Assembly (NCBI RefSeq): GCF_009914755.1
Contig: NC_060931.1
DNA from: the human T2T-CHM13v2.0 reference genome, Homo sapiens
DNA: 64,000 nucleotides
Direction: 5' to 3' (one strand)
The notes under the pieces are model-generated. The model was not told the DNA's origin and ran no database searches. It worked only from the letters and a program-made list of their open reading frames with translations. A program made the position numbers and the translations under genes. Shown here in pieces: positions 17,440 to 30,995 of the stretch; within the stretch, counting starts at the first letter, position 1, and each line of letters begins with the position of its first letter.

Positions 17440-20084
17440 CCACAGTCTTTTCTTTCTTGTTTGTCTCCCATAAGCAATTCTTACAAGTCTAGGGGTGATA
17501 AATTTCCTCAGCTTTTGTTTGTCTGGGAAAGACTTTATTCTCTTTTAACTTATGAAGGATAACTTTTCTGGGTATAGTATCCTTGGCTGACAGTGTCCTT
17601 TTTTATTTTTCTTTCAGAAGTTTGAATATAGCGTCCTATTCCCTCCTGGCCTGTAAGATTTCTCCTGAGACATCCACTGCTAGTCTCAGCAGAATATGAT
17701 GAGAGTTTTCATATAAATGACTAGATATATGATGGGAGTTTTCATATAAATGACTCGATATTTTTTTCTTTTTTGTTTTTAAAATGCTCTCTTTGCCTTT
17801 GGCTTTTACCAGTTAGACTTTTAGCATACTATGGAGAAGACCCTTTTGAACTGAATCTCTTTAGGGTTCTCTGAGCTTCCTGTATGTGTATGTCTAAATA
17901 TCTTGCTAGATTTGGGAAGTTTTTAGCTATTATTTTGTTAAATACATTTTCTAACCCTTTTAGTTTCTGTTCACTTTCTGGGACACCAAAACTTTGAATA
18001 TTTGGTCACTTTGTGGTGCTCCATATGTCATGCAGGCTTTGTTCATATTTTTTATTTTATTTTTTTTTATTTTTATGTGACTTAATTTTTTTAACCTGGC
18101 TTCAAGTTCTGAGATTCTTTTCTCTGCTTGATCTAGTGTATTATTGAAGCCTTCAAATGTATTTTGTATTTCATTCAATAAATTCTTCAATTCCAGAATT
18201 TCTGTTTGGTCTTCTTTGGTGATATCCATCTCTTTGGTAAATTGTTCATTCATACCCTGAATTGTTTTTCTGATTTCTATGTATTGTTTATCTGAGTTAT
18301 TTCTCTTGTATCTCAGTGAGTTTCTTTAAAATCATTATTGTGAATTCTTTTTCTGGGATTTCATAAATTTCTTTATCATTGGAATCTGTTGCTGGAGAAT
18401 TTTTGTGCTCCTTTGCAGGTGTCATATGTCCTTGCTTTCTCTTGTCCCTGTGTTTCTTGTGTCCTTACATTTATTTCTGTGCATCTCATAATGGTTGCAT
18501 CTTACAACTTTTTTAAACTTGCTTTTGTATGCAAGAATATTTTTCTGAAGATGTACCTATGTTGTTGGTTAAATAGGGTGGTTTGGCTTAAATTCTGGGT
18601 ATGTACAGTACTGTAGTATCTATATGATTTCCTTGGCAATAAACAGCATCAGTAGTGTGTGATTTTCTCAGCAGAGTGCAGTTGTCAGTGAGGGCTGTGG
18701 TGAGGTTTTGCTAGTAATAGAGATGTTAGATAGGCTAATAATCCTCCGGCCTCAGTGGTGGAACTGGTGTAATGAGCTTGCCTGTCCCTGGGACCCAGGG
18801 CAGAAGACTCTGGCACTGATGTGAGTGGGTGCAGGAAGGCTGATTTGTTGGCCTTCAGTAAGCTTGCTCAGGTGCTGGCAGTGTCAGTGGCTGGCCAAGT
18901 GGGTGAGTAGATCCTTGGGTCCCAGGTCAGTGAATGTGGCATGAGCAATGACAGTGGTAGTGGCAGGGCAACCTCTGGCTCCCAAGCAGTCTGCACTAGT
19001 GTTGGCATTATCTGCAATGTGCTGGGTCAGCCAGTCCCTGGGGTCATATGTGGCACATGTGCGTGGGTTCCAGCTGTAGTAGTAGCATGTTGGGTGGGCC
19101 CATCTTCATTCCTCTAGGTGGAGTGCTCAGGTGCCAACTGTAGTGGATGGGGCAGGGTCATCCCCAGCCCCCTAGATAGTGTGCTCTGGCACTGAGGGGG
19201 GTGAAACCAGGCTAGTTGGGCCTGTCATCAGGCCCCTTGGTGGTTCATGTGATTGCTAGCTGTGGTAGGCAGGGGTGGAGTTATTACCAGGCCCTCAGGA
19301 GAATGCTTGGCTGGAAGAGTCAGCAGCTATACTGTGGCCATGTTGCTGGGGAGGGTACAGTTGCTTTCAGTAGCAGCAGCTATAAACAAGTAACTAGGGA
19401 GTGCATGCTTTGGTTCCAAGTAGTGGCTGCAAGCCAGTTACCTTGTTCTCAGGATGCATGTAAATGCATGGCAAACCTGCTACTGGGGGCAATAAGGTCA
19501 CTGCCAGCCGTTCATGCTTTGGACCTAATGACAGCAGCCAGCAGCAGTGCCCAGCTTTGGGTGGGGGGTATCAATGGGTTTTCAGGGATATGGACATGCA
19601 GGAGCTGTTGGATCCAGGGCAGGATGCAGTCTAGTGGGGGCTTGGCTTTTAAAAGGGCACCTTGCTGTAACTGTTTAGGACTCCAGGGTGTGTGGAATCC
19701 AGCATGAATTCCCTCTCTGGAGCAATGTCATTGCATGGTTTCTAGGCACCTCCCTATGTTAGTCTCAGCACCTGCGTGAGTTAAAGGGCTCTGGCTGTGG
19801 CTAGGATTGCATCTGTGGTGAGAATGTGGACCAGTAGGGATCACTCACTTACCCTTTTCCCACACTGGGGAGCCTCTATAGGCTCTTAGCCAGTCCCAGT
19901 CAAGTAGGCTACCCAGCTTCTCTCTTTCTTTGCTCTTGGTGTTTACTGTCACTTCTCTGTTGAAGCCCAGCATTCTCTCTTAAGTGTGATCTATTCTAAG
20001 TGTGATTATCTACTCATTATCTTGATTTTTCTTTGTTGGGGAGGTGAACCCTAGATGTCTCTAGTCAGCCATCTTGAAGCTCCT
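17440..20084 (-). mobile_element. Old L1 (L1M2-class) 5'UTR + ORF1, 3' part missing
   Basis: ORF1 coiled-coil remnant 17960..18253 (QTEILELKN...LDQAEKRISELE); GC-richer 5'UTR at ~18650-20084; YY1-type terminus gccatctt at 20068-20075. Confidence 0.85.
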
Positions 20085-21550
20085 CCTATGAAATGTATTT
20101 CTAAAATAATAGGACATGAAAGTTAAAACTATTTATTGAGCCATAAGCTATAAAGTGGATGTTATGTTAGCAAACATGAAAACAACATTAATGTTTTTGT
20201 ACATCTCCACTGGAACTCTTGAGTGACCAGGCGCATTATCAATGAACAGTAATATTTTGAAAAAAATCTTTTTTTTTTACCTGCACAATAATTATCACCA
20301 GTGGGCTTAAAATATTCAGTAAACCATTCTATAAACAGATGTGCTATCATCCAGGCTTTGTTGTTTCATGTGCAGTGCACAAGCAGAGTAGATATAGCAT
20401 AATTCTTAAGGGCCCTAGACTTTTCATAATGGTAAATGAACGTTGACTTCAATTTAAATTTACTAGGTGAATTAGCCTCTAACAGGAGAGTCAACCTGTC
20501 CTTTGATGCTTTGAAGCCAGGCAATGACTACTCCCCTTGAGATATGAAAGTCTTAGATGGCATTTTCTTCCAAAAGAAAGCTGCTTTGTCTACCATGAAA
20601 ATCTGTTATTTAATGTAGCCACATTTATCAGTTATATTACATAGAGCTTCCACATAACTTGCTACAGCTTCTACATCAGCACTTGCTGCTTTGTCTTGCA
20701 CGTCTATGTTATGGAGACAGCTTCTTTTTTGAAACCTCTTAAAGCAACCTCTGCTAGCTTTCAACTCTTCTTCTGCTGCTTCCTCATCTCTGTCTACCTA
20801 CATAGAACTGAAGAGAGTTAGGGCGTTGCTCTGGATTAGGCTTTGACTTAAGGGAATGTTATGGCTGGTTTGATTTATCCGGACCACTAAAACTTTCTCC
20901 ATGTCAAAATAAGGTTGTTTCACTTTCTCATCATTTGTGTGTTTACTGGAGTAGCATTTTTAATTTCCTTCAAAAACTTTTCCTTTGCATTCCTAACTTA
21001 CCTGTTTGGCATAACAGGCCCAGCACTCAGCCTACCATGGCTTTCAACATGCCTTTCTCGCTAAGCGTATTCATTTCTAGCTTTTGACTTAAAGTGAGAG
21101 TCATGTGACTCTTCCTTTCACTTGAACACTTGGAGGCCATTGTTGGGTTACTTATTGACTTAATTTCGATATTGTTGTGTCTCAGAGACACCTGAGGAGG
21201 AGGAGTGAGATGGGGCAATAGCTGGTCAGTGGAGGAGTTGGAACACACACATTTATTGAATGAGTGTGCTGTTTTATATGGATGCAGTTTGTGGCTCCCC
21301 AAAACAATTACAATAGTAACATCAAAGATCACTGATTACAGATTATTATAACAGATATAATTATAATGAAAAGTTTGAAGTATTTTTATAATTACCAAAA
21401 TGTGACACAGGGACAAAAAATGATAACATTCTGTCAAAAAGTGGTACCAATAGACTTGCATGACACAGGGCTGCCACACATTTTCAATTTTAAAAAAGGT
21501 AACATCTGCAAAGCACAAAAAGTGAAGTGCAATAAACTGTGATATACCTG
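20085..21550 (-). mobile_element. Tigger1 (TcMar/pogo-type) DNA transposon, 5' ~1.46 kb
   Basis: Transposase remnants MASKCSSERKSH...QKLEM (ATG at 21140) and [15 protein letters not shown]; terminus ...gatatacctg followed by TA (21551-21552). Confidence 0.93.
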
Positions 21551-22235
21551 TACACTCTTGATGGAAATGTAAATTACATAAACAAACAAACAAACAAAAG
21601 AACTACCATATGATCCAGCACCCCCACTGTTGGTTATATATCCAAACAAAAGGAATTCAATATATTGAAAGATATCTGGTGCACACTCCTATGTTTATTG
21701 CAGCACTATTCACAATGACCAAGATGTGGAACCAATCTAAGCATCCACCAATAGATAAATGGAAATGGGTAAAGAAAATATGTATATATGTATAAGATAC
21801 ATATATATATATATATGTCATTTTGTTTTGTTAAGTGAAATAAACCAGGCATAGGAAGACAAATACCGCATGATTGCACTCATATGTGGAAGCTAAGTTG
21901 ATCTCATAAAAATAGAAAGTAGAATAGTGGTAACTAGAGGCTGAGAAATGTGGGGGATAGGGATGGATTGGTTAATGGATAAAACATTACAGCTAGATAA
22001 CAGGAATAAGTTCTAGTATTCTATAATACTGTAGAGTGACTATAGTTAAAGCAATTTCTTCTATATTTTCAAATATCTGGAGGATTTGTAATGTCCCCAA
22101 CCTAAATCAATTATTATTGTTTGAGGTAATTGGTATGCTGATTACCCTGATTTGGTCATTACACATTGTATACAGAAAGAAACATCACATCATAACCTAT
22201 AAATATGTACACATATTATGTGTCAATTAAAAATA
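21551..22235 (+). mobile_element. L1MA5-7-like 3' end
   Basis: [20 protein letters not shown]2 end; L1MA 3'UTR ending tatgtgtcaattaaaaat. Confidence 0.85.
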
Positions 22236-22299
22236 TTCTAAATGTTTTAATTAATTACATGGAGGAGAATATACTATTCTTCCTTACTTAAAAATTTTA

Positions 22300-22690
22300 C
22301 TTAATAAATATAGAAGGATGAAAAAAATAGAAATCACCACTAAGCAAACAACATAATAATTTCTGCATGATAGATTAGCATTTTAAAATTACTGAGCCAA
22401 AAAATTAGTGATAAATAGATTTATCTAGCGTTAGGGTTCTTCTCCCAAAGTATTAACTAATTATAAAAGGAAAAAAATAAAATTACAGTAAAAAAATCTG
22501 GCAAACACCATCTGAACCCAGTGTTTAAGCCATCACCAGTAATAAGACATAGCAGCATTATGTAGTTTCTGATATGATGCACTTAGAAGGGCATATCATG
22601 TTTATGGTATTATTTTCCACAAACCTGTGATCTCAAGTGAATCATGAGAAACCATCAAATTCAAATAAAGGGATGCATCACAAAACATTT
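22300..22690 (+). mobile_element. Ancient L1 (L1MC/MD/ME) 3'UTR fragment
   Basis: ctggcaaacaccatctgaacccagtg...ctgatatgatgcacttagaagg...aatcatgagaaaccatcaa resembles the old L1 3' consensus. Confidence 0.65.
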
Positions 22691-22891
22691 ATTGAAACCT
22701 ACTCCACATTAATCACCATCTCCATGTACATAAGCAAGTCATTTTGTGAAATTGTAAACAATAATTCAAGAGATCTTTGAAATATTTCTCCTGAAAATTA
22801 TTCACCAGACCAATTCAGGAAGAAATCAGAGAAATGGGACTGAGTTGTGGATGAATGTTACTAAAAACAAAATATATTACCCAGATCAGGC

Positions 22892-23291
22892 CATATTAGT
22901 CTGGTCTCACACTGCTACAAAGAACTACCAGAGACTAGGTAATTTATGAAGAAAAGAAGTTTACTTGACTCACAGTTACAGAGGCTTAACAGGAAGCATG
23001 ACTGGGAGGCCTCAGGAAACTTTAAACCATGGCGGAAAGTGAAGAGGAAACAAGCATATCTTACCATGGCGCAGCAAGAGAGAGAGAGAGAGAGAGAGAG
23101 AAAGAAAGAAGGAGAAAGTGCTACACACTTTAAAGCCATCAGATCTTGTGAGAACTCACTCACTATCACAAGAACAGCAAGGAAGAAATCCACCCTCATG
23201 ATCCAATCACCTCCCACTAGGTCCCTCCTTCAACATTGGAATTACAATTTGAGATGAGATTTGGGTGAGGACACAGAGCCAAACCATATTA
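22892..23291 (-). mobile_element. MaLR solo LTR (THE1D/MSTA-type)
   Basis: 400 bp ending gagccaaaccatatta; perfect 5-bp TSD caggc (22887-22891, 23292-23296); internal (GA)n. Confidence 0.92.
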
Positions 23292-23766
23292 CAGGCTCAC
23301 AATCCAGGAGAAACTAAAATAAGAAATATACTCTTGCTGGGGTTTGTTTGTTTGTTTGTTTCCCTGAACCATGTAGAGGTGAATTAGGATAAATCTCCTA
23401 TGGGTGTAGGATTATCATGTTTTCTATTTAATTTTGTTTTACTAGCTCTCACACATGTAAGTACAGTTTCTTTTACAGATATAATTCACATTTATCACAG
23501 TTTATTCTAAATACCAAGCTCCAGTTTTGAAACTTGAGAAAATGCCATGAGTTTTTACTTGATTAAAACCAAGAAACTTGTAGAAGCATTTTAAATTTAA
23601 TTAATATATTTATTATAATCTGTCTTACAAAGTTTCAACTAGAAGTTTATTCTCAGTGTTATTGTTCAAATTTAAACATTAAGATATTCTAGCTGTTTAT
23701 TTCTTTGTTGTGCAGCTTTGTGAAATATCACTGACAGATTTTTATTGAATTGTCTATAATTTTGTT

Positions 23767-23919
23767 GCACCACCAGGCCCAGCTAATATTTTGTATTTTT
23801 AAAACAGGTGGATTTTGTCACATTGCCCAGACTGATCTCAAACTCCTGGGCTCAAGAAATCTGCCCACCTTAGTCTCCCAATGTGCTGAGATTACAGGCA
23901 TGAGCCACCACACCTGACC
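23767..23919 (-). mobile_element. AluJ-like fragment (left arm, linker and start of right arm)
   Basis: ctcctgggctcaag...gagccaccacacctgacc. Confidence 0.85.
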
Positions 23920-23924
23920 ACAAA

Positions 23925-24060
23925 TATAGAAATTCTTAGATATATTCAAGTTTATAAATTAGTTCAGCAAATTTACAGGATAAATTTAAATACAAAAAAT
24001 CAATTGCATTTCTATACTCTAGCATGAATAAATTTAAGAAAAAAATTTACCAAAATTCCC
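23925..24060 (+). mobile_element. Old L1 ORF2 fragment
   Basis: ttcagcaaatttacaggata...caaaaaatcaattgcatttctatac. Confidence 0.65.
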
Positions 24061-24139
24061 GAGTGGAATTGCTAGGTAGTATACTATGCACTTGTTTAGC
24101 TTTGTAAGACACTACTCTTTTTTATATAAAATATTAGTA

Positions 24140-25105
24140 GGTCACTTATTATTATTATTAAGCTCCTATGATATGCTAGGCTTGCTTCAAGGTACACTTC
24201 TAGGAGATTTACAAAAGCAATGAACAAAACATACAACATTCCTTTTCTCACATAGCACTCCTTTTCTTGTGGGAAGAAAATAACAAAATAAACAAGCAAA
24301 TAAAATATGTCAAATCCTTGAAAAATGTTAAGTCAGAAAGCACAATGCAGAAAAAAAAAGACAAATAAAGGGAATAAGAAATGCTGGAGGCCAGAACATT
24401 TTTTATAGTTGGGTCAAGGAAGACCTTTGGAAGAGGAGACCTGTAGAAACAAAGCTTGTGGCTATTTGAAGGAAGCACATTCTAAATGTTCCTCATCAAA
24501 TATAAAGTATATTCCTCAGGAGGCAGCAGAAACCACCTGGCCCACAATAATTCTAGGAGTTCACAAACTTTTACATTTTAATTTCTTTTAAAATTAGAAG
24601 AAAAAATGAGTGTGATAAAAAAGAATATATAGTAAAACATCCATCCTGGGTTATACTCATCTTTTTCCAATAAAAATCACAAAAATATAATTTTAATTTT
24701 TTTCTGTAAAAAGGGGTTCATGAAGACAAATAATCTTATGCTCATAAAATTGTAATGCATCCCTGATAAGAAGCAGAGTGAATGAGGGAGAGTGAGGTAC
24801 AGGTAAATTCAAGTAGCTGTAGCGCTGGTGGAAAAGATCACAGAGGTCTTTAAGGCAATATGAATTACAATTGGGCCGTTATCCTGAGAGAGAGAGACGA
24901 TTCAACTATAGAATTATAAGCATGACAACATTTTAGAAGAATCATTATTACTGCTCTGTACAGAGTTGATTGAAAGGACAATGGATTGTTGAAGATACTG
25001 ACAAAATCAAAGTGAAGCTATTCTCAGCAGGATGGCTCTGACAGAGACTATGTGAAGTGACTGCACTTAGAATCAACAGGATTTGCTAATGGATTGGTTC
25101 TGGGG
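24140..25105 (-). mobile_element. L2a fragment, interrupted by a hAT element
   Basis: Antisense L2 3' motifs; resumes at ~24768 through agaatcaacaggatttgctaatggattgg. Confidence 0.7.
24510..24765 (-). mobile_element. MER96B-like non-autonomous hAT element
   Basis: ttttaatttcttttaaaattagaagaaaaaatg core and gtaatgcatccctg terminus match the remembered consensus. Confidence 0.65.
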
Positions 25106-25839
25106 CTATTAAAGGGAGTACCAATAGATGTTCTTTATTTAAAGAAACAAAAAACAAAACTGTGATCAACTGCTAGCTGTCTACTCTTAAATTCTCCAGT
25201 AAAAGGTGATGGCTTCTTTCCTAAAATCTTTTTGTTTAGCAGCAACTTCCTTTTCTTCATCCTGACAAATGAATGCAGAAGTATAAAATAAAAGTGTGAT
25301 AATGGCTGAATAATGATACTCGAAACAGTGTATAAACCTTTGAATTTTTTTGTTTCTCCACTCAGGAGGCATTTTTGGGGAATGGAGGTATGTTAAGGCC
25401 ATTAGCTCCTTAGTTTCCGATAATAGTGTTAAAAGCAGTTACAGTGAATATCAGATGTCAAAATTAATGTTTGATGCCAATGATTTTCAAACATATACTA
25501 TGCGAACACTGCAGAGAGAATGAGAGTTTTGAGAAGGGAAGTGCATGATGGGCATTTTCCAGAGGAAGTACTTGGAAGACAAGTTGGTGATGGGTGAAAA
25601 GAAAGGAGTGTCCCCTGGAACTGATGAGCAGACTGCCCGGTAATATCTAAACCTTGTACTGAAGATGGGCTCTGCTCCATTATAATTCGTGGCTCTCTGT
25701 GAGTAAAGAATATACTTTGAGTTGCTTTTATAATAATGATTCCTTGATCCATCTCATTTTCTTACTTTTTTTGTAAGAAATAATAGTATACACTATGTGA
25801 GTCAGTTTCACTAGGGAAGGAAATGTCTGGAAAAGAAAT

Positions 25840-25919
25840 ACTAACTCCCTAAAATGAAGATCAAAGTTATAACTATGGCTTCATTAACAGAATGCTTAGC
25901 CAACTGAGCCACAAACTGG
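25840..25919 (-). mobile_element. Degraded tRNA-Ile-like SINE head (MamSINE1-like)
   Basis: Reverse complement contains gctcagttggctaagcattctgttaatgaagcc, resembling gctcagttggttagagcgtggtgctaat...gcc. Confidence 0.45.
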
Positions 25920-26892
25920 ATTCAGTATTTTTGTTTTTTGGAGAAACTAAGAATATAACCAGAATGACACCTAAAACTACAAAGTTTGCTTTAATAACAT
26001 AGCTGTGGATAGTTGTGAGATAGTTGCAGTATATTGGAGTTTTTGTCAAGAGATTATAAATTTACATTGTTTTCTGCTTAGTAATGTAAATGCAGGGGAA
26101 AATTCCTTCAAGGGTTGACACTCTAAAGCCTAATGATATCAATAGGTCATAGGAATTTTATTATCTTATTGTAATTTTACCCGTTGGTGATAACAAATGA
26201 GGATACTTTACAATATTGAGGCTTGCAGTCTTCTCAATGAGATAGACTCAAACCACTTGCTGCCTTTTAGGCATCATTTTGCTAAATGGTGGAGTCGGCT
26301 TTAGTTTCTGACTTTTCTGTTGACCTGATTAGCTTAACTCAGTATTTAAATTTTATTCATTTATTCATTACTTGTTCCTGTCAATTTTCCAAAAGGATTT
26401 CAGGTGAGCTTAACTGAAATGGCCTTAACAGAACCCTAGGCCTTGCTCCTTTTTTTAATTCACAAATCATTGACACTTCTGTACAAGATGGCCTTATCAG
26501 AGCTCTAGAATTTTTGTTTTATAAATTGTATTTGTATTATTTATCCTGAAATGTTCTTTGTGCAAATCTACATGTAATTTGATGTTTCATTGGGACTCTT
26601 GGAATTGCATGTTCTGCATATCAATATATCTTATTGTTTGAATGTTCTTATCTATCTGCTACCAACAAAGAAGAGATTCCTTAAAAATGAAACATTAAAA
26701 TTGTTTCTGATAAAAGTTATTTAGTAGTTAAAATATTAATTTACCTTATTTAATTGAAAATGGTTTTGAGAAAGAAGAAAAAACAGAGTATCACACCCAA
26801 GATAATGTCTGAAAAATGTTATTTACTATAATAAGCATATCCCTCTGTGAATTTAGACAGGTGAAGTTGCTTAAACTATATTTGTGTTAATG

Positions 26893-27077
26893 CAGTGGTT
26901 CTCAAGCTTTAACCTATTTTAGAATATCCTACAGGATTCTTGAAACACAGAATGCTGGGATCCAAATTCACAATTGCTGATTAAATACATGTAGGTTGGT
27001 TTGGGGAATCTGGTTGTCCAAAAAGTTCCCAGGAAGATGATGCTGCTTACTTAGGCACCATATTTAGTGAACCACTC
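26893..27077. mobile_element. MER5A (hAT-Charlie)
   Basis: 185 bp; terminal inverted repeats cagtggttc / gaaccact; aagttcccagg..gatgatgctgc core. Confidence 0.8.
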
Positions 27078-27631
27078 ATATAGAGATTATGCCAATGCTC
27101 ACAATAATTGTATAGCTTTATTATATCTTTCAAAAAGAAAGGCACCAGCTCTAAATTTTAATTTCAGTTATATCATCATATAATACTATATGCAAGCTCT
27201 TTTCAAGGTCAGTCTATTATCAGTGGGCTGAATTTGTTTAACATTTAAAATGTTAAATACAAAGCATATTCTGTCTAAGACACATACTATACACAAAGAG
27301 AAAAGACTTGTCATTTCTGGTTTCAGTTTGTTTTATTGTGCTTATTCTAACTAATGTAATTCATTTTATGATATAAGCAATACCAGTTAACAGTAGGTAA
27401 ATTAATATATAATATTAAAATGTTATACAACCAAATATATAACTTCTCTACACTTCCAATGGTAATCACTTTAAATTTTGGCATTTAACATTACATAGAT
27501 TTGTATGTATATGTGTATTTTTACATATATTACATTTACATATTATTTTAATCAGACATGTTCTTAGCCCACTGTAACTATTTAATTTTATTTCCCTGCA
27601 AGAATATATATGTGTATATATATAAATATTA

Positions 27632-27932
<301 letters not shown>

Positions 27933-28050
27933 CAAAATATAATTTTTAAATAGTTAAATAGTAATTCATCACAGTAATATATGAAAATTACTTCTCTATC
28001 AGATTTTGGATATTAATATTTATATTATAATTAACACTTTTTAGAGTGCT

Positions 28051-28622
28051 TAATTTTTTATTTTTTAACACATAGTAATTATAAAGATTTATGGGGCACG
28101 TAGTGATGTTTTGATACATACAATGTATACTGATCAAATCAGGGTAATTAACATACCCATCAATCATTTATGATTTCTTTATGTCAGAAAAATTCAGAAT
28201 TCTCTCTTCTGGCCATTTGAAAATGCATAATAAAATATTAACTATAGTCATACTACAGTGCTAAAAAACACTAGAACTGATTCCTTCTTCTAGCTGCAAT
28301 TTTGTATCCTTTAACCGACAACTCTCTTTCCTCTCACCTATGCTTCCCAGCCCTTGGTAACCACTGTTCTACTCTCTACTTCTATGAGATCAACTTCTAC
28401 AGCCTCCACATATGAGAGACAACATGTGCTATTTATCTTTCTGTTCCCAGGAAACACTTAACATAGTGTCCTCTGGGCTCAACCATGTTGTCACAAATGA
28501 CGAGATTTCATTCTTTCTTATGGTCAAATAGTATTCCACTGTGCACATGTACCACATTTTCTTTATCCATTCATGTGTTGATGGACACTGATTAATTCTA
28601 AATATTGGCTATTTGGAACAGT
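28051..28622 (-). mobile_element. L1MA5-7-like 3' end
   Basis: Antisense L1MA 3'UTR and ORF2 end (tagtattccactgtgcacatgtaccacattttctttatcc). Confidence 0.85.
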
Positions 28623-29459
28623 CTCTTAATTATGTACCTGTTGCTATGCCTGCAAAAATATCTACAAAATGCTGCAGCTCTGTCTAAACCTAAATGAGTT
28701 AATCAAGACCCTTCTGCAGCCTGTTAAACTTTCTGTGAATCAAAATATGTTTTCATAGTGTGATCATGGATTATATATGAGGGTTTAAATCTCTTGCTAG
28801 TAAGAGTCTCTAAGATTTCCATCCATGCATAGCCATGTCAATTTCTGAGTAATATAACAGTATTGTATTTCTACTAGTGAGTAAACACTTAGTACAGTTC
28901 TACTAACTTGCTCTATCACAACCTGGATACCATGTGTCTTAGGAAAAATACACTCCCACTTATTTTTTTTTCTTCATAGTACTTTCATTGAAGGACAGAT
29001 AAAGTGCACATTACCATAAAGCCAGGGATTTTTGACAACAATCATGTCAGGATCATGTCAGAAACAACTAATTTAGCAATACTTCTGGCATGTGGCATGT
29101 AGTTAGCCAGATGATTTTATACTCATGAGGAATGAGAATTTATATGTACTTACAATTGGATTGTTTTTGCTTTTTCTCATTTAACTCTTGGCAAAATCCT
29201 TACATTTTTCTACAAACAAAACATTATATATTTATAGCAAATTTCTTTCAACTCAAAACTCAACATGACCCTGCCCTACTTCTTTTATTATACACACTGA
29301 ATTAGACAAAGACCCTCTCTATTATTTACCCTGGTTTAGTTACAACAGTGACGTTTCTTCTGATGAACTTTGTCCTTAAGAACTTGGAGCTGTTTTGGGA
29401 ACAAATATAAGAACATCCGGACTCATCTCACACCTTTGTTTCCATCTAAGCTCTGTGAA

Positions 29460-29525
29460 AAACAAACCTTGAACAGTGACTGGCACACATTAGGTATACA
29501 AATAATATTGTTAAATGAATAAATA
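29460..29525 (+). mobile_element. L2 3' terminus
   Basis: gaacagtgactggcacacattaggtatacaaataatattgttaaatgaataaat. Confidence 0.6.
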
Positions 29526-30829
29526 ATTTTAACACTATTAAAAGTTAGCAGATGTTTTACTTTTAACAGAAGCAAACTTAGTTCCTTTTCTAAAAAATCA
29601 TAACCTGTTATTGACTAGATTTAAAAAGTTCTTGCAATCCTATTATGGGAAATTTTTTCCCAAAACACCTCCACTCTCTAAACATTACTAGTGAACCATA
29701 TGAACAAACACTTTATCTTTGTTTACCTTGGCAATTTTTCTCTTTCCTCTTGATACCCCTACTTAAAATGTACTCAAAAATGTTGTCTAGCCACTCAGTC
29801 TGTCTAGGATATGTCTTCTACCTTCTATATTGTAATCTCTTCAACTTTTCATAAATCTCTTGTTAGTGTATTAATAACATATATCTAGATTCTGTTTCAT
29901 GGCCAGAGCTGTAGGGCTGATGCCTTTATTGGATGGTTGGCACTCAGCAGGGACTGGGCCATTTGTTGCGGAAAAAGTTTTGGTGTTCATCTTTCACTCC
30001 AGGCTCTCTCTCATCTCAGAGAGGGCAACTTTAACTTTCAATTAACATTAGGTTCACTTGGTTTTCAGGCCACCGTTTTTTTATATATTAATTTAAAAAT
30101 TACATATTCCCTAAAAGAATTTGAAGTACTTTATATAAAATACCTGTGTAAGTCCATTAAAAATTACAGGTTTGATGTAGAATCAGAGTATGCTATATAC
30201 CTCTCAAATTTACTTAACATTAAAAAAAACTCAATTCCTGTCTTTCACATGCAAAATTCATAATGAACAGTGGATATTGGTTGTTAGAAAAGAGAAACAT
30301 TGACTTTAAAGAAAAACATCCAGTGATAATTACAACACATTTTAAAAGTCTCTGTGTGCTTATGTTTACTATTATAATAGCATTTATAGAAAAAATTAGG
30401 AATAATTTAGATGTGTTGATATTTCTGGGTTTAAAATAGTAGTCATCCTTCTGTCATAAAGCGTATACTGTTTTTGGCAGTGGGCATAAAAATGTTGTCT
30501 GGCCACATGAAATTATTCTATTTTGAAAGCATAACATTCATTTCAGTTTTCCAACTTCAAGTGCAGGGCTTAAGACGATTTTGTCATTTTCAGAATAAAT
30601 ATAAAATTCAGTTGGCTTACATCCATATTTCCCCCAAGACATGCAGAAAGAGTTCAAATATTAAAACTGAAATAACTTAACCCTCTATTTAAATTTTGGT
30701 GAGTTAATAACAGCTGGAGATTAGGGAGGTATAAATACTTTGGCCAAATTCTATTGCTCTGTTGAAGTTTTGTTTTAACGGAAGTTTGATTTTTTTCTAC
30801 TGGTAAATTATGTGAGAACCAGCATTTAA

Positions 30830-30995
30830 ATCTGAGCCCTGAAAATTATGAATTACCTTTAATTTTAAGTCTCACTTGTATATTTTTAAGAAAGCAGAAA
30901 ATAAATACTTACTTCATGGAATGTTGTGAAGATTAAATGAAATATTGCATTAAATGGTTTTTCTAAGTAGCATAAATAATTAGTTATAATAGTAT
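30830..30995 (+). mobile_element. MIR
   Basis: tacttacttcatggaatgttgtgaagattaaatga core. Confidence 0.65.

Noticed and set aside
19216-19707. 163-codon ORF antisense to an old L1 5'UTR (ORF0-like idea)
   Set aside because: It starts at TTG, lies in GC-richer sequence where stops are rarer, has no recognisable domain, and this 5'UTR type is unrelated to the L1PA UTR that encodes ORF0.
29041-29061. Short 10-11-bp tandem duplications (29041, ~5402, ~52528)
   Set aside because: Ordinary slippage products with no higher-order pattern.
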